Below, piece by piece: positions 21,300 through 34,820 of a stretch of 64,000 nucleotides of DNA. The position numbers were made by a program, and so were the translations under genes. Numbering within the stretch: the stretch's first letter is position 1; every line of letters starts with the position of its first letter. The stretch spans positions 1,054,001 to 1,118,000 of the forward strand of contig OZ037772.1 of assembly GCA_964035545.1 (NCBI GenBank), read 5' to 3'. The notes below the pieces were generated by a model. The model was not told where the DNA came from. It did not search any database and worked only from the letters and a program-made list of their open reading frames with translations. This DNA is from Bugula neritina (taxonomy: Eukaryota; Animalia; Bryozoa).

Positions 21300-23821
21300 A
21301 CTCATATCTAACAACAGTGTTATTTGGCTGATTTTTTAAAACTGTCCCTGATTAGATAATTAGTGGCCAATCAGAGAATTCAATCAATGTTGGTTGGCTG
21401 AGACCAGCAGTCTGATTCTTATATAACCTAATTTTTAAATGAAATATTTGATTACTCTAAATAAATTTATCTGAGACTTCCAAGGCAGTGATGGTGATTT
21501 TTGTACATATAAATTTGAAGGAGTTTAGCTATAAGGTTTGTGCTGTTTTTTTAATCATTCCACCATAACCTGAGATTGTGAGTAGTAATTCTAGAATAAG
21601 GTAGGGAGGGTGTAACGCCCTTCCCTATGACTTTATATATTTAGAAACTGTTGTTAATTTAGTAATTCTGTTGGTGCTACATTTTTAAATTCATTTAATC
21701 CAACCATTTCTCTATTACAAAATGTATTTTACCGTAAGGTGCTACACAATTTATTTCTCAGCTTGTAGATTTCATCATCAAAATTATTGAAGTAATAAAA
21801 TTGGTCCAGAATTTGAAAGAAGCTGCAGTTTTCAGATCTGATTATTTATCCTGAAATTCAACATTGTTAGTTTAAAATGGAGTGTAACATATATTTTAGT
21901 CACTTAGTTCCAACTGTGTTGACCATATGAACATTTTAAATTTTCCTTCAGCTGCTATGAAGTACATAAGTAAATGGCATTAAATTTCCCATGTCACATC
22001 ATCTTGTAAAAGTTAATTGTAAATAAAAATAAATTTCAAGTGTTTTTGAGAAGCTACAGGTTTGTATGTTTGAACAAATGAAACATAATGTTCCTTAATG
22101 TCAAGATTCTGCTTATGCCACAATACCATAAACATTGTGACTCAGTCAGTAGCCAAAAGCAGTGATGAAAAAACTTGTTTACTGACACGACGACTAAATT
22201 TTATAAATATCAGACACGATTTAGAGAAGAGTTGATGCTGCCCTGCTGCTGCGGGACGGCGGAAGATCTTTGAAAACATAGATTGGGACTTTAGTAGAGT
22301 CAGACTTGGGCTCGCATTTGAAAGACTTGTTTGTTACTTAAAGCAGAAACATTAAATATCAAAATTGTCTAATTTTCAGGTTTCTGGGAAATTTTTTCAG
22401 ATGTATTTCTGAAACTAACAATGTTTTACTAACCTTCATGTCAGGAGTTCTCTTCATCATTGTTGTACAGACTTTGAATACCATCACATATCAACTGGAA
22501 ACACACATTACAATCATTAACTCAAGCACAATCAACATAGAAGTTTAGCAATTACCAGTGAGCGTTGAAAGAATTTCAGCAGATTGAAAACTTTTCCAAA
22601 TAAATTATAAGTCTACAAACTGTTTTTGATCTAGCAATGAGCCATTTAATTCGATACATAGTGGTGATCGCTTAGCTGGAATCTTGGTTGGGGGTGGGGT
22701 CTATTCCTGCCATTGTTTCTGCCCATCTCAGTGTCTCTGCTACACACTCCTATGTAACAGATGTATGAGTTATATCTATTATACTGTATGCCTTCAGCAC
22801 ATATTATATGTCATACATCCATATTGCACCTTATCACAGTGGTAACTGGTATAAAATGTATCACCTTATATGCGTCAAATTGCGTGACTATCAGCTTCTT
22901 CTGAAAAGTCAAACTTTGCACTTTGGCTTCAGCCTTCGTCATTCGAGAATATAACTGAGAAACAACATCCTGCCAATAGGAAGACAGATAGCAGCGTAAA
23001 TTTTTCAAATTTTGGTTTTCCTGATGTCAAACACAGAAAGGTTTAACTCATGAAAACACAGCACTAATTAAACAGGGAGAACTAATATAATAATTCAAGG
23101 GAACCTTTAGGTTACAACTGGTTAGCAAAGTGGGTATCTCGAGGATCTTGTATTGGTGAACTTCAGCCTATAAATGGCTCGTTTTACTCTTTTGCTCACA
23201 AAGTTTATCAACAAGATAGAAAAGCTTAACATATTCACTAGAAGAAGATTGTATCTGCTAAAGACTATGTCCAGCTATTATAGATTATAGATTGTATCTG
23301 CTAAAGACTATGTCCAGCTATTATAGATTATAGATTGTATCTGCAATCACATGGCACACTCACAGTACACTTGTTAGCTTATTACTGAGCAGTGAACTTT
23401 AAACTATTAGGCAGAGTGTTAACAAAGGAAGTCACTTCCAACAACTGCATATCTGTTGAGAATAGCTCACTGCGCCGGCTAAAGACTATGTCCAGCTATT
23501 ATACACACTTTAGTCACAAATAATTAATTATATTTCAACTGCAACATGCGAGGATTTGGTAACATACATTAGCCCTGGCAATATGTTTTCTCATCTTGAT
23601 AATATCCCATTGTTGAAAGGCTATCATACACTCCTTCTTAGCGACAAGTGCATTAGCAGCTTCCAGTTCAATTTTCAGTTTGCCATTGATGCTCTCCGCA
23701 TCTGCCATGGAGTCACTAATCTGCTACATAGACACCTGCTGCTCGGCTAATTCTTTCTGAACTGTAAACTGCCTCACAGTTGAGGCTTTTCAACTTGTCC
23801 TGCAACTGGCCAACTTCTTCT

Positions 23822-23825
<4 letters not shown>

Positions 23826-23901
<76 letters not shown>

Positions 23902-23922
23902 ATATATATATATATATATATA
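23826..23922. repeat. (TA)n microsatellite
   Basis: Direct observation. Confidence 0.95.
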
Positions 23923-25169
23923 TACATCTATTATAAGTAGAAGAACTAACTAACCTCCTCTGCTTTCCTCTTCAGCTTATCCTGCAACACATGACGATCT
24001 TCAATCAAGGTCTCTACTCTGGAAGCCTCCCCTGATTTGGTGGCGTTTTTACATTTCAGGGCTTCCAGCTGGACCTTCAGCATGCTGATTGTATGGAGGT
24101 GCTCATAACATTGAACTTTCTAAAATTCATCATTGAAACTATTTCTTGAGCCTTAAAAGATAATACAGTCACAGTATGACTCATTATGCATTCTATAAAT
24201 CAAATTACAAACAAATCAATATCTAATAATTATGATGACAGTCAACATCTCAAATATTCTTATTAGACTTTTATATTCTATAACATATTGTATTTATTAC
24301 ACTGCAATATAAAACAAAAACCTATACTGAAACTTCTACCTGCGAATGAAGATCAGCTTCTTGAGTTTTACACTGGTCTAGAAGGGTGTTGACTTGTGAG
24401 CCTCTTTCTTTAGCTGAAGCTAATAGTTGTTTTTCTTAAGTCCACAATAAGTAACGCAAAAATACGTACCTAATTGTGTGAGGAAGTCATTGTGCAAAGA
24501 GGGCCAGGTTAAATGATACTGCTATAAAGACAAACTATGCACCAACCACAGAAAGAAGTGGGTCATAAGTGAACATTTCTAGAGCACTCAAGTAAAAGCG
24601 TCTACACCTGGATTACTTTAAGAAACAAAATGACTGACTGATTTATACCTTTACAATTTCCTCATACTCATTGAGTCTCCCTTCATACTCTGACTGTAAT
24701 TGAACATTTTCTGTTGCAAGTTGGGTGTTTAAAGTGATCAACTCTAAAACAACACATGCTTTCTCAGACAACTAAAGGCAATAGGCTTCTATCCGAATTA
24801 CACTGTGAGATTAGGATAAATTAAGTGAGCATTTCAACACCACAATAAGCAGTATTAGAACCATCCACTTTCGTGCAAATAGTTTCATTGAATCCATTGC
24901 TGCATGAATGTAATGGAAAACAGAAAGATATGGAAATTGAAAAGGAGACACAGGCTATACATTTGATAGGTTTAGTGAAACCAACACAGAACCCACACTT
25001 CAAGTCACTATTTTTATTATTACAACAGAATAAGGAACATCAGTAAGTAAATATAAAAAGTATCCGTTCTCAAGTCCAAACCTTCATCTGCCATCTTGGA
25101 GTCAAAACTTTTCCTTTTCTCGTGTGGGGTAGTTGTGCCTGCATCTCCACAGGAAAAAGCAGTATTAAC

Positions 25170-25352
25170 ATTACTGGCTCCACCCACATTATTAGCTCTA
25201 CCCACATTACTGGATTCACCCACATTACTGGCTCCACCCACATTACTGGCTCTACCCACATTACTGGCTCCATCCACATTACTGGCTCCACCCATCTTAC
25301 TGGCTCCACCCACCTTACTGGGTTCACCCACATTACTGGCTCCACCTACATT
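25170..25352 (-). repeat. 18-bp, probably exonic tandem repeat encoding (SNVGGA)n
   Basis: About 10 units of CCCACATTACTGGCTCCA inside an AG-bounded minus-strand exon that starts at ~25361. Confidence 0.8.
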
Positions 25353-26429
25353 GCTATCACCTGAAACAATAATTTATAATATATAACACAAAAACAATTT
25401 TATTAAGAACTTATTGATGTTATTGATGTTGAGTTCTAATCTGTACTTCTCCTTTAGCTGTTCATCACATCTCAACAGTACAATAAATCAATAATTTAAA
25501 AATTAGAATTAAATTTAATAAATAATTTTAAACACTATATCACTGAGTAATACACAGCTTGAACATGAAACTACAACACAATAATTTTTAGCTGTGTGTC
25601 AAAGTTCTATGAAATAAGTTATATATAAGCAGCAGAATTAGGCAATCTAAACCTGAGTCTCTGTATAACTTGGTTTTCTCTTCACTTTATTGTAATGGTA
25701 CAAAAATAGGACGAATATTGTAAATTGATCTCAAAAAGTTGTTAGTGTTCATTTGAAACAATAACTTTAGCCGAAAACCCTGTCAAGAAAAAAGCTTTTT
25801 CTAGTAGGTGCAGCAGTACACAAGTTTTATCAGTACCAAGTTTCGCGTACACCTCTACTGAAAAAACATTTTTCTTTAGGTAATTTGAAAACCCAACTTA
25901 GGCTATGTGGAGACAACTCTTGTTTATTTGAATTTATGACATGGTTACTTGAGAATTAAGACATTCTTTCAACTTTTTAGGAGTACTTTGATAAAATTTA
26001 TCTAAATTACACAAAAATTTTGCTGATTTTTATATAATAGTAAAACAACAACTTGACTGGTACTTCCTATCAGCTACAAGAGTTTGGACTTCATCAGCCA
26101 TGTTGATGGCGGACTTGTGGTCTTGTAATACAGAAGGCAGTATATCAGCTCAACTAACCAATGACTTGCAGCACAGAGCAGGCTAAGACTGTAGGCGTTG
26201 TCACAGCTTTTAGTGAAATGTTCTTGATGAAAGCTTTTGGCAATAGCTTTCTGGCTGTTAGCTTTTTTGTTAAGTTGTCATCCTGCATCTGTGCATCTAC
26301 ACCATTCAGCATTTGCACTCACATTAACAATTATTTTGCACCTTTTAATTAAAGGAAAAGGAATAGAGAAATGAGTAGTACAGCCAACTAAGTCTGCCTC
26401 AATTCTGTTTCTACTAAAACCTGATTGCA

Positions 26430-26770
26430 TACAGTGTAAGTATACTGTGTAGGTACACAGCGTAAGTATACTGTGTAGATATATAGTGTAAGTATACTGT
26501 GTATGTACACAGTGTAAGTATGTAGTGTAGGTATATAGTGTAAGTAGGCCTATACTGTGTATGTACACAGCGTAAGTATACTGTGTAGATATATAGTGTA
26601 AGTATACTGTGTATGTACACAGTGTAAGTATACTGTGTAGGTATATAGTGTAAGTATACTGTGTAGGCACACAGTGTAAGTATACTGTGTAGGTATATAG
26701 TGCAAGTATACTGTGTAGGTATATAGTGTAAGTATATACAGTAAGTATACAGTATAAGTATACAGTGTAA
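26430..26770. repeat. ~26-bp minisatellite (AGTGTAAGTATACTGTGTAGGTATAT)
   Basis: About 12 units. Confidence 0.9.
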
Positions 26771-27639
26771 TTATCAGAGCAAGTAATTAAGTAGAAATAT
26801 TGGTGTAGCTATCTAAGAGTTATGAATCACCTTAAAATAACTATTTGCAGGTAAAAATAAATTCAAAGTGAAATTCAAAGCCAATATATTAACTGTGAAA
26901 TACAATATAATATAATATTCAATATAACATAAAATATAATACTTGATATAATGTTAAATTTGAAATATTATATATGTATTATATAACATAATGTTTAATA
27001 TATTGAAAAAGAAGAGAATAGCCTCTAGACTCCCTGACACACTTCACTTATGTGGTAATAAAATATTCTCATATATACATACTAGTTTTCATTTACATAC
27101 TCACTCCATAATCTCTGAGCACAGGCTTGTTGCTCTGATTCAGATAAGCTTTGATCTGAACAGACAACTCTTAATCTACAGAGAAAATTTAATATTTGCG
27201 ACACAGAATAATATAAAATAACCCTGCAGCATCCTGTTTTACAGAAATCTCATGGTTTTGTATTTAGGAATGAGCAAAGTACAAATGGAGGAGTCCAAGC
27301 TACTCATTTACTTTGATATAACACATTGAATAAAACACAATAATTCTCATCACAGATTGTAGACTAATAATTATGGTTTTCATACAAAATTAATTTGTCA
27401 GCAACTTCTTCTAGTTTGAAAAAAGCAATAGCTTTTACTAAATTTACTACTAAACTGTTGATCTAAATACGGAATGGAAAATTCAACATCCCGTAGCAAA
27501 CAAATCATAAAGAGTTACAAATGTTTTGCAGGAAAAAATTGCATTTATACTTTCAAAGTTTTCAGTCAGAAATTCAATTTGACCGAGCTAAAATTTCACC
27601 AAGTTGCATTGCATTTTAAAAGAATAGTAAGTTTAATCA

Positions 27640-27950
27640 CACCTAAACTAATATGTGTCATCACAACTAAACTAATATGAGTCATAACAACTAGACTAGT
27701 ATGAGTCATCACAACTAGACTAGTATGAGTCATCACAACTAGAATAGTATGAGTCATCATAACTAGAAGAGTATGTGTCATCACAACTAAACTAATATGA
27801 GTCATCACAACTAGAATAGTATGAGTCATCACAACTAGAATAGTATGAGTCACCACAACTAGAATAGTATGAGTCACCACAACTAGACTAGTATGAGTCA
27901 CCACAACTAGAATAGTATGAGTCATCACAACTGGAATAGTATGAGTCATA
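27640..27950. repeat. 24-bp minisatellite (ACTAGAATAGTATGAGTCATCACA)
   Basis: About 12-13 units next to the minus-strand splice donor at 27957. Confidence 0.92.
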
Positions 27951-27957
27951 GACCTAC

Positions 27958-28105
27958 CTGCCTTTCTGCTTTTCACCAGCTGGGTGTCTTCCAGCATAGA
28001 TGAAGTGGTTGATATTGTCAGGGTAGCTGCACGGTTTCTCTCTGCATTTCTTGTATGATTCTTCATCAAACGTCTTACATGGACCAAACTCAAACACTTG
28101 GTGTA
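27958..28105 (-). other. Isolated exon of an unidentified gene
   Basis: AG/GT-bounded; one open frame reads HQVFEFGPCKTFDEESYKKCREKPCSYPDNINHFIYAGRHPAGEKQKG. Confidence 0.4.
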
Positions 28106-28247
28106 CTGTAACACAATATACTAGAACATGCTTATAGTCTATACTATACTAGGGTACACTATACTATACTAAGAACACACTAGAATATACTAAGTAATTG
28201 TAAACATTTGGTCCACTGTAACATAATATAAAAATATATTAGTTGCT

Positions 28248-28279
<32 letters not shown>

Positions 28280-28744
28280 TTGCATAGTTTGTTAAGTCCT
28301 ACTAATCAAACTGTAAATTTTTACCGGAAACAGTGTTAGAAGGTACATAGTATATTAGGTGTTCACCTGTATATAATACTATATGTATATGTACATAGTA
28401 TATTAGGTATTCACCTGTATATTATAGTACTATATGTATATAGCGTTTTGTATTTTTTTCAAACTGCTACAAATGCTTATAAAGAAACAAGCAATACAAG
28501 CCGCTAATATAATGTGTATACCAGCTTCATGCTACTTTACCTGAGCATTCTATGCTATTGAATGTTTATTTTCTGCAATATTTCTAGATGTTATAGCTTT
28601 GAATTTAACATTTCTATGGTGTTTGTGATACAAGTTTCATTTGTTAATAAAGGTGTGCATTCTTTGGCTGAAATGTGGTTTACTTAGCTAGACTGATCCT
28701 AGTGACTTCCAATATTACTATATTTATGATGCTGCTATTCTAGT

Positions 28745-30153
28745 AAACTGAATGGTGAAGACGTGACTAGGGAAAGAGACAGCACGTCACAAGACCGCTG
28801 TATACAGAAGTTCTTGCCGAAGTGACTCCCCTCTCAACTACCGCATAGCATATAAACCCACAAATTACTCTACACCACCATCTTCTGTCCTACAATCTCA
28901 GTCTAACCAACCAATGGTAAGTCATAACCAACTTCTGTCAGTCACTCATTCAACATGGTGCATTCTGATTGCATCAATTATACATCTGTTGAGTACTACT
29001 GCATGCTGTAGAACGGTCCTGACCTGCAAGGAGCGGAGGGTAGTGAGGAGTTTCTGATTGACGATTCAGATGAAGATATGTCCCTGGACCCCTCTGACTC
29101 CGTCTGTAGAATACTCAAAGAGCTGTCTAATCATGACGAGAGGTTAGTCTTTTATCAAATAGTTGCTTTCGCCTATCGCTTGTTAAATAAATAAACGCTG
29201 CTGACATAATGAACAGTTTTAAAATAGTGCAGACTAACTTATCTCTATGTATACATGTATGGTTTGCTATATGGTCAGTGTCAAATGTGTATGTATAGAC
29301 ATAAATAAAGATACTCTTTTAGATCTACAGCAAAATTCATGTTTTAGCTGTACAGTTTGTGCCACTACGGATAGCAGAGGAAGGCAAAATCAAACGCACG
29401 TCACTCGGTTCTGCAGTGCCATATATTATCATTACTGTTTAGAACAGGCCATCAGTTCTTCAAAAAAAAACATGTTTGAAACTAAACTATAAAGATCTGC
29501 TGAGAATAAGTGCCTGTTACTTGCACTCTAGTAAACAGTAAATCTAATGGATGTATATTTTATCTAAAATCGTATGTTTTGAACTGCCCCTAGCACATTT
29601 ATAACCAAAGAGTTTTGGTAACAACATTTTTGTTTTAGTCATTTTTATATGATAGTTTTTATACTTAGCTCAATAATTGAATTCACTACTTGTCTAAATA
29701 ATACATCAGAAAAATGCAAAATAAATGTTATTTTCAATATTAAAAGTATATTTCACCTCGCACGTCTAACATCACACATTTATAGAGTTGGTTATTAAAT
29801 GACCAAGTCTTTGGTATGAATAAACTGGACAGTATTTGGCTAATGACTATACACTGTACCATCATTATTGACTCTGTGGTTGGCATCACACTTCCCAGAC
29901 TATTCTATCTTTTGTAGCTGAAACTTCTCAATCTATATATTAAGAGAGCAGAAGAAAAGCGTGCAGAGCTTCACCACGACACTATCACAAAGAAATAAGT
30001 TACTCAGGAATTATACTTCCTTATATTCACAAGAATCAGATGTCGAGAGCCAGTTATGCCTCAGTTGACTACAAGATGGGAGACGCCCACGGTTACACCG
30101 TCAACGCTAAGGGTGCCATGAAAAATATGAAGAAACGTACCCTCAACATGTAG
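28745..30153 (+). pseudogene. Exon fragments of unidentified gene(s) (~28745-28915, 29011-29142, 29918-30153)
   Basis: Splice-bounded pieces NGPDLQGAEGSEEFLIDDSDEDMSLDPSDSVCRILKELSNHDE, LKLLNLYIKRAEEKRAELHH (then a stop), and terminal ...GAMKNMKKRTLNM*. Confidence 0.45.
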
Positions 30154-31787
30154 ACATTGCATCATCAGCCTGAGCTAATGTCAAGGTTAAACTCTGTTTC
30201 CTGTTGATCGACTTCCTTCTTGAATATCAGCTGTACCTTTATCTTGTATCTTGTATAGATATTTTAATTATATTCTCCTTGTATGATTAGGAAAATAGTT
30301 TGGATACAAATCATGTCACAATTTACCCTTTATTGTTTATGTGCTTTTGAAAATAATGTTTGGTAATTCTTTCATGTTGCTGTGATCAATTGTTTAATAA
30401 TAATAGATAATGATTATTCAATAATGACTTCTTCTGAAATTCCCTCAGAGTGTTGCATGTTGTCTATTTTAAAGAGGAAAGTAAAGCATTGTTTATAAAT
30501 AAACAAAGGAAACAGCTCTGGTTTAGGGTAAACACAATGTCAATGATTTGAATCTTTGGTAAACAATAAGACATTTTCATAATGACCATAGAAAGCTCCA
30601 TTAAATTGTTTATCACTAAACAATAGTTCTATATACTTCAAGTGGTTCATTTCATGATCCTAGTTTAGCATCCAAAAAGAAATCTCATGATAAGTAGTCT
30701 ATGAGAGTGCAAGGGAATAGAATAGATATGAGGAACACAATTAGAGTAGAAAAACAAAACAATAACGATAATTAGTAGTGAATTAACAAACAGCCATTTT
30801 GATCGGAGAGAGGACTGAGAAAACTTCATAACTCTGTTTAGAGTTGTCTTCTTAATTTTGAGCTCATGGCATGTGTATGTGCTACCTAGCAGCAGTACTA
30901 TAATATAAACAAGAAACAATCTCTGTTATATGCCCATCATTGACATCTTCGGTGCATCTATTGATCCTATTATCAAGTATCAGCGGTTCATTTAGTTTTT
31001 TCAACTTTTTCTAAAATAGTTAGCTCAGCTAACAGACTGGTTTTATAAATTACACTTTGAAATGTGTTTTTTTTGTAATTCTGTTCTAAGCATTGTCCTA
31101 CAGTGGCAAATTATCAGGCCTACTTTTAACAGTCAGCTGTTGGAGCAGCAAAGTATTTTGGGTTGAATAGTGTATCAATAACTTTCCTTTTAATGACTTA
31201 CAGTCTAGTAGCAATACAAACAATACTTTTACAAAACTTTTCATCTTTACCAACAATGCAGCTAAATGCTGAAAAGTTTTGTAATTATTTGATTTATCTC
31301 GTTGCATATGACATGCTATTCATGCCAATGCCTAATAGTGACTATGTATATAGAACACAGTATATTATATGGCTCTGCTGAGTCAACAACCATTAATTCT
31401 ATACAAATTCAAACCCAGAATATTGAGGTGTGTCTATTTATTCTAGTTGTATGTAGTTGTATTTATAAACTTTGCATGTACCACATTAAAATTTATTTTA
31501 TTTAAGAAAATTCAACATTTGTTATGCAAATTTTGCCAGCAAATGACTAAAAAAGTTATTTGATTTTTTGAAAATTTAGTAAGAAAAGTAACTCCTAAAT
31601 AAAGTGACTGGCCCATGCTATGTCCTATTGATTTTAATATTGAACACATGATGTAATTATGTAATATTTAGGATGTAAACTATCATCCCTGGTTTGTAAA
31701 CAGGCACAATGTGGCCTTTAGTCTCTACGTGAGAACTACAATTAGTGAAGTTGTAAATATGCCATAATGAATTATAACAAGGGTAAC

Positions 31788-32063
31788 GGGGGGGGGGGGG
31801 GGGGGGGGTACAATGGTCATAGGGGTACAAAAAGCCGGCCAAATTGTCAGAGAACTAAATGACTTAGAGTTGTGATTTTTTTTCATAAAAAGATATTGAC
31901 ATAATTATTCAGCCATTGTAGTTTCAACACTTGCGGAAGATACGTGTTGAAAAGGCAAGAAAAAAACTGTTTTTACCTACTTTTTGTAAATTCTTCAAGT
32001 CAATAAGTTCTCTCACAATTTGGCCGGCTTTTTGTACCCCTATGACCGTTGTACCCCCCCCCC
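31788..32063. mobile_element. MITE / foldback element with ~65-bp inverted arms
   Basis: G-run-TACAATGGTCATAGGGGTACAAAAAGCCGGCCAAATTG is mirrored by CAATTTGGCCGGCTTTTTGTACCCCTATGACCGTTGTA-C-run. Confidence 0.8.
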
Positions 32064-32609
32064 ACAAAAATTTTACCATCAGTGTGTGATTTTTACTTGT
32101 GTCATTTTTACCTAAAATTGGAACAGGTTCTTCTCCTATAACAGTTCATTAAGTGTGGAGAAAGAATCCACAATTTTAAAAAATACACTACCGCTTTAGT
32201 GTAACTTTAGAAACACTGACGCTGCTATGAAAAGCAATGATATGATGATTGCACTCCTGCATGTTTAGGTTCAGATTATTTAGAGTAGCAAATATATTTA
32301 CAAGTTATATGTAGTATACAGTTTATAGAGATTGACTATTGCATGGCTGCTAGAAGGTGGCTTGTTATTTTTAGCAAACTTTTTGACTTCCATTTGGAAG
32401 TAGCACAGAAAGCAGTTAGGGTAGAGTAATTAATAAACACATTCATGTCGAAGTAAACTGAGATTGCAGAATATAGTTTGGTTAAATAAGGGAGCTAAGA
32501 TGAAGGTTTATATAGATATATTCACATATATGACATGTAACTTGCAAGAACCCGAAAAGCCTTCATCAAACTTTGTAAATTTTTCAAATTTAAAATTCTC
32601 CCCCTAAAA

Positions 32610-32876
32610 TGTCCAAATTTTCTTCTAGGAGGAATTTTCTCCAGGTTGGGAACCACTGAACTAAAAGAAAACATGTAAACATGAACATTACTAACTGCAT
32701 GCATTGCAGTGTAGTATAATGTGACAGGTAGTGCCATGTGTCATTCTTACTCACTTTTCTATTTGTGTCATTATTACCTTGTCCACATTTTCCTCTAAGA
32801 GGAATTTCCTCCAGGTTGGGAACAACTGAGCTAAAAGAAGGCATGTGAACATGAATATTACCAACTGCATGCATCA
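32610..32876. repeat. ~95-bp direct duplication containing hAT/Charlie-like ends (TTGGGAACCACTG)
   Basis: 32610-32705 matches 32780-32876. Confidence 0.7.
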
Positions 32877-34364
32877 CTAGTTACTAGACTGTTGGGTTAC
32901 AATATTTGTAAGCTGAAGAACTATTAATAGAGATGATGGTAATACAGTATAATTTAGTCAGCTTATTATCATGAGTTAGTCACTGCTAATATGCTATGCT
33001 ATGGCTAACAGTCACATAGCTACTTACAAATAATTCTACTATTTATTATGACTATTATGACATCTATGATGATGAAGTAAAATGTGCCTTTAAATACACA
33101 TCGTATTTATATTGTGTAAAAAAGTGTTTAAATACAGTACTCAACTTTCAGTGTTCGAAATTTATTTTTTTTGTTTTAAACGTTAATAAAATACAAATCA
33201 AAAGATTTTTCAACAATTAATAGTAAATTGAACTGAAGAACTAATGTTGACTAATTGTAGAATAAATTAGCAAGAGAAGTAACTCCTGATTAACATGATT
33301 AAACAGTCACAATAATATTCCTGAAAGATTCCTAGAGCCTAAAGTTCATACACTATTGTGATGCAGTAGGTATTCTATAGAGTCGGTATTGATATCACAG
33401 TACAATTAGGTCATGAGCTTTCACTAGGCATTAAGTTTTTACCTTCACTGATGGAGTAATCTTAGGGCTGCTACAGTTTATCGAATAATTGCAAACTATT
33501 TTGTATATACAATGCAAATTTCTTTTAGAAAAGTGTCCAATTTTTGTTGAAGAAATTACTAAGATTTTTCTTTGAAATAAATGCTATATAATATGTTTAA
33601 AAATAAGATTTTAAAATTATTGTATCAGCTTTTATTCATAGTAAAAGAATTAAATGTATATAACTGTATATAACTGTATATCGCTGTTGATATTTATAAA
33701 AGAAGCGAGAGATGCAACTCCCAATAAATATTGAATCCAGAAATAATATTGAATAATAAGGACTATAAGCTAAAGATCATACAGCACTGTCAGCTTGTAA
33801 TAAATAATATAGTATAAGATTACTCAAATGAAAATACTATAAAGGTACATTTACATACAAAACATATTTGTGTATAAGAGTATTTGAATTACAGTTGAAA
33901 AAACTACTCAGTGTTAATACAACATTTTATTGTAATTAAAGCTTTATTGTAACATATATACAAAAACCTTTTGTTAGTTACTAAAAAATTACGCTGAAAA
34001 AATAATAAAGGAAGTTAGCAGGGGAAGTAACTCCTAATAAACATAAATGTACCAAAAAAAGCAATTTGATTGAAAATTATAGTTTGACATTCACACAACA
34101 CACCACAGCAGTAAGTAATACTCATTGCTGTATAATCAGATAATTTACTTCTGTTACAACTTATGTTACACAATGCTGGTGCTAATTGAGCAATGTTATA
34201 CAATTTCATGATATCAACGGCACCAGTGAAGTAGTCGTATCCAAATAAAACATGATAGACACTTTTCACATGTGCCTTTGGGACATTAGCGTTCTTCAGT
34301 GTTTAGTTACTCAATATATACAATGCAAATATTTTTGTAGAAAGGTGCCAAATAGTTTTTGAAG

Positions 34365-34820
34365 CCCTCAACAATATTCTGTGAGGATAGGGTTGTGGGG
34401 GACACGGTAAACATATCGGGACAGTCCAACAGCCTCTGCGTCAAAGTTCCTCCTTCTAGACTCAGTGAAGAATTGGCCAACCTTCTAGAAAGTTCCAACT
34501 GCTCAGACGTCACTCTGGCCATCGGACCGCGAGAGGTCAAAGTTCACAAGTCCAACCTCTCCGTCAGGTCTCTTGTCGTCAATGCTATGTTTGAGCATGA
34601 GATGGAGAACAAACAGAATTTAGAATTTAGACAAGATGGTGGCTGACCTTCTCTCCGCAGCAGATAAGTACGCACTAGAGAAGAGTCCCTGTTTGGTAAC
34701 CTCTCCATAGACAATGTGTGTGAGGTGCCATGGTTCTAGCAGACCTCCACTCGGCTGAACAACTCAAAACACACGCTCTGGACTTTGTCAACAGCCACGT
34801 CACAGACGTCGTGGAAATAT
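34365..34820 (+). pseudogene. SPOP: Intronless SPOP (end of MATH, BTB, BACK) pseudogene fragment
   Basis: TIFCE..VVGDTVNISGQSN..VKVPPSRLSEELANL..VHKSNLSVRS.V.NAMFEHEME, LDKMVADLLSAADKYALE and [19 protein letters not shown], with internal deletions and frameshifts. Confidence 0.88.

Larger units (their letters stand above)
22580..26320 (-). pseudogene. Coiled-coil protein with C-terminal PACT-like domain (pericentrin/AKAP9 type), degenerate
   Basis: Coiled-coil exons at ~24745-24648, 24420-24340, 24120-23955 and 23820-23568 (with stops). Then exon 22969-22865 DVVSQLYSRMTKAEAKVQSLTFQKKLIVTQFDAYK, and the exon from 22749 ECVAETL/MG..PQPRFQ/AITTMYRIKWLIAR with frameshifts. Confidence 0.62.
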
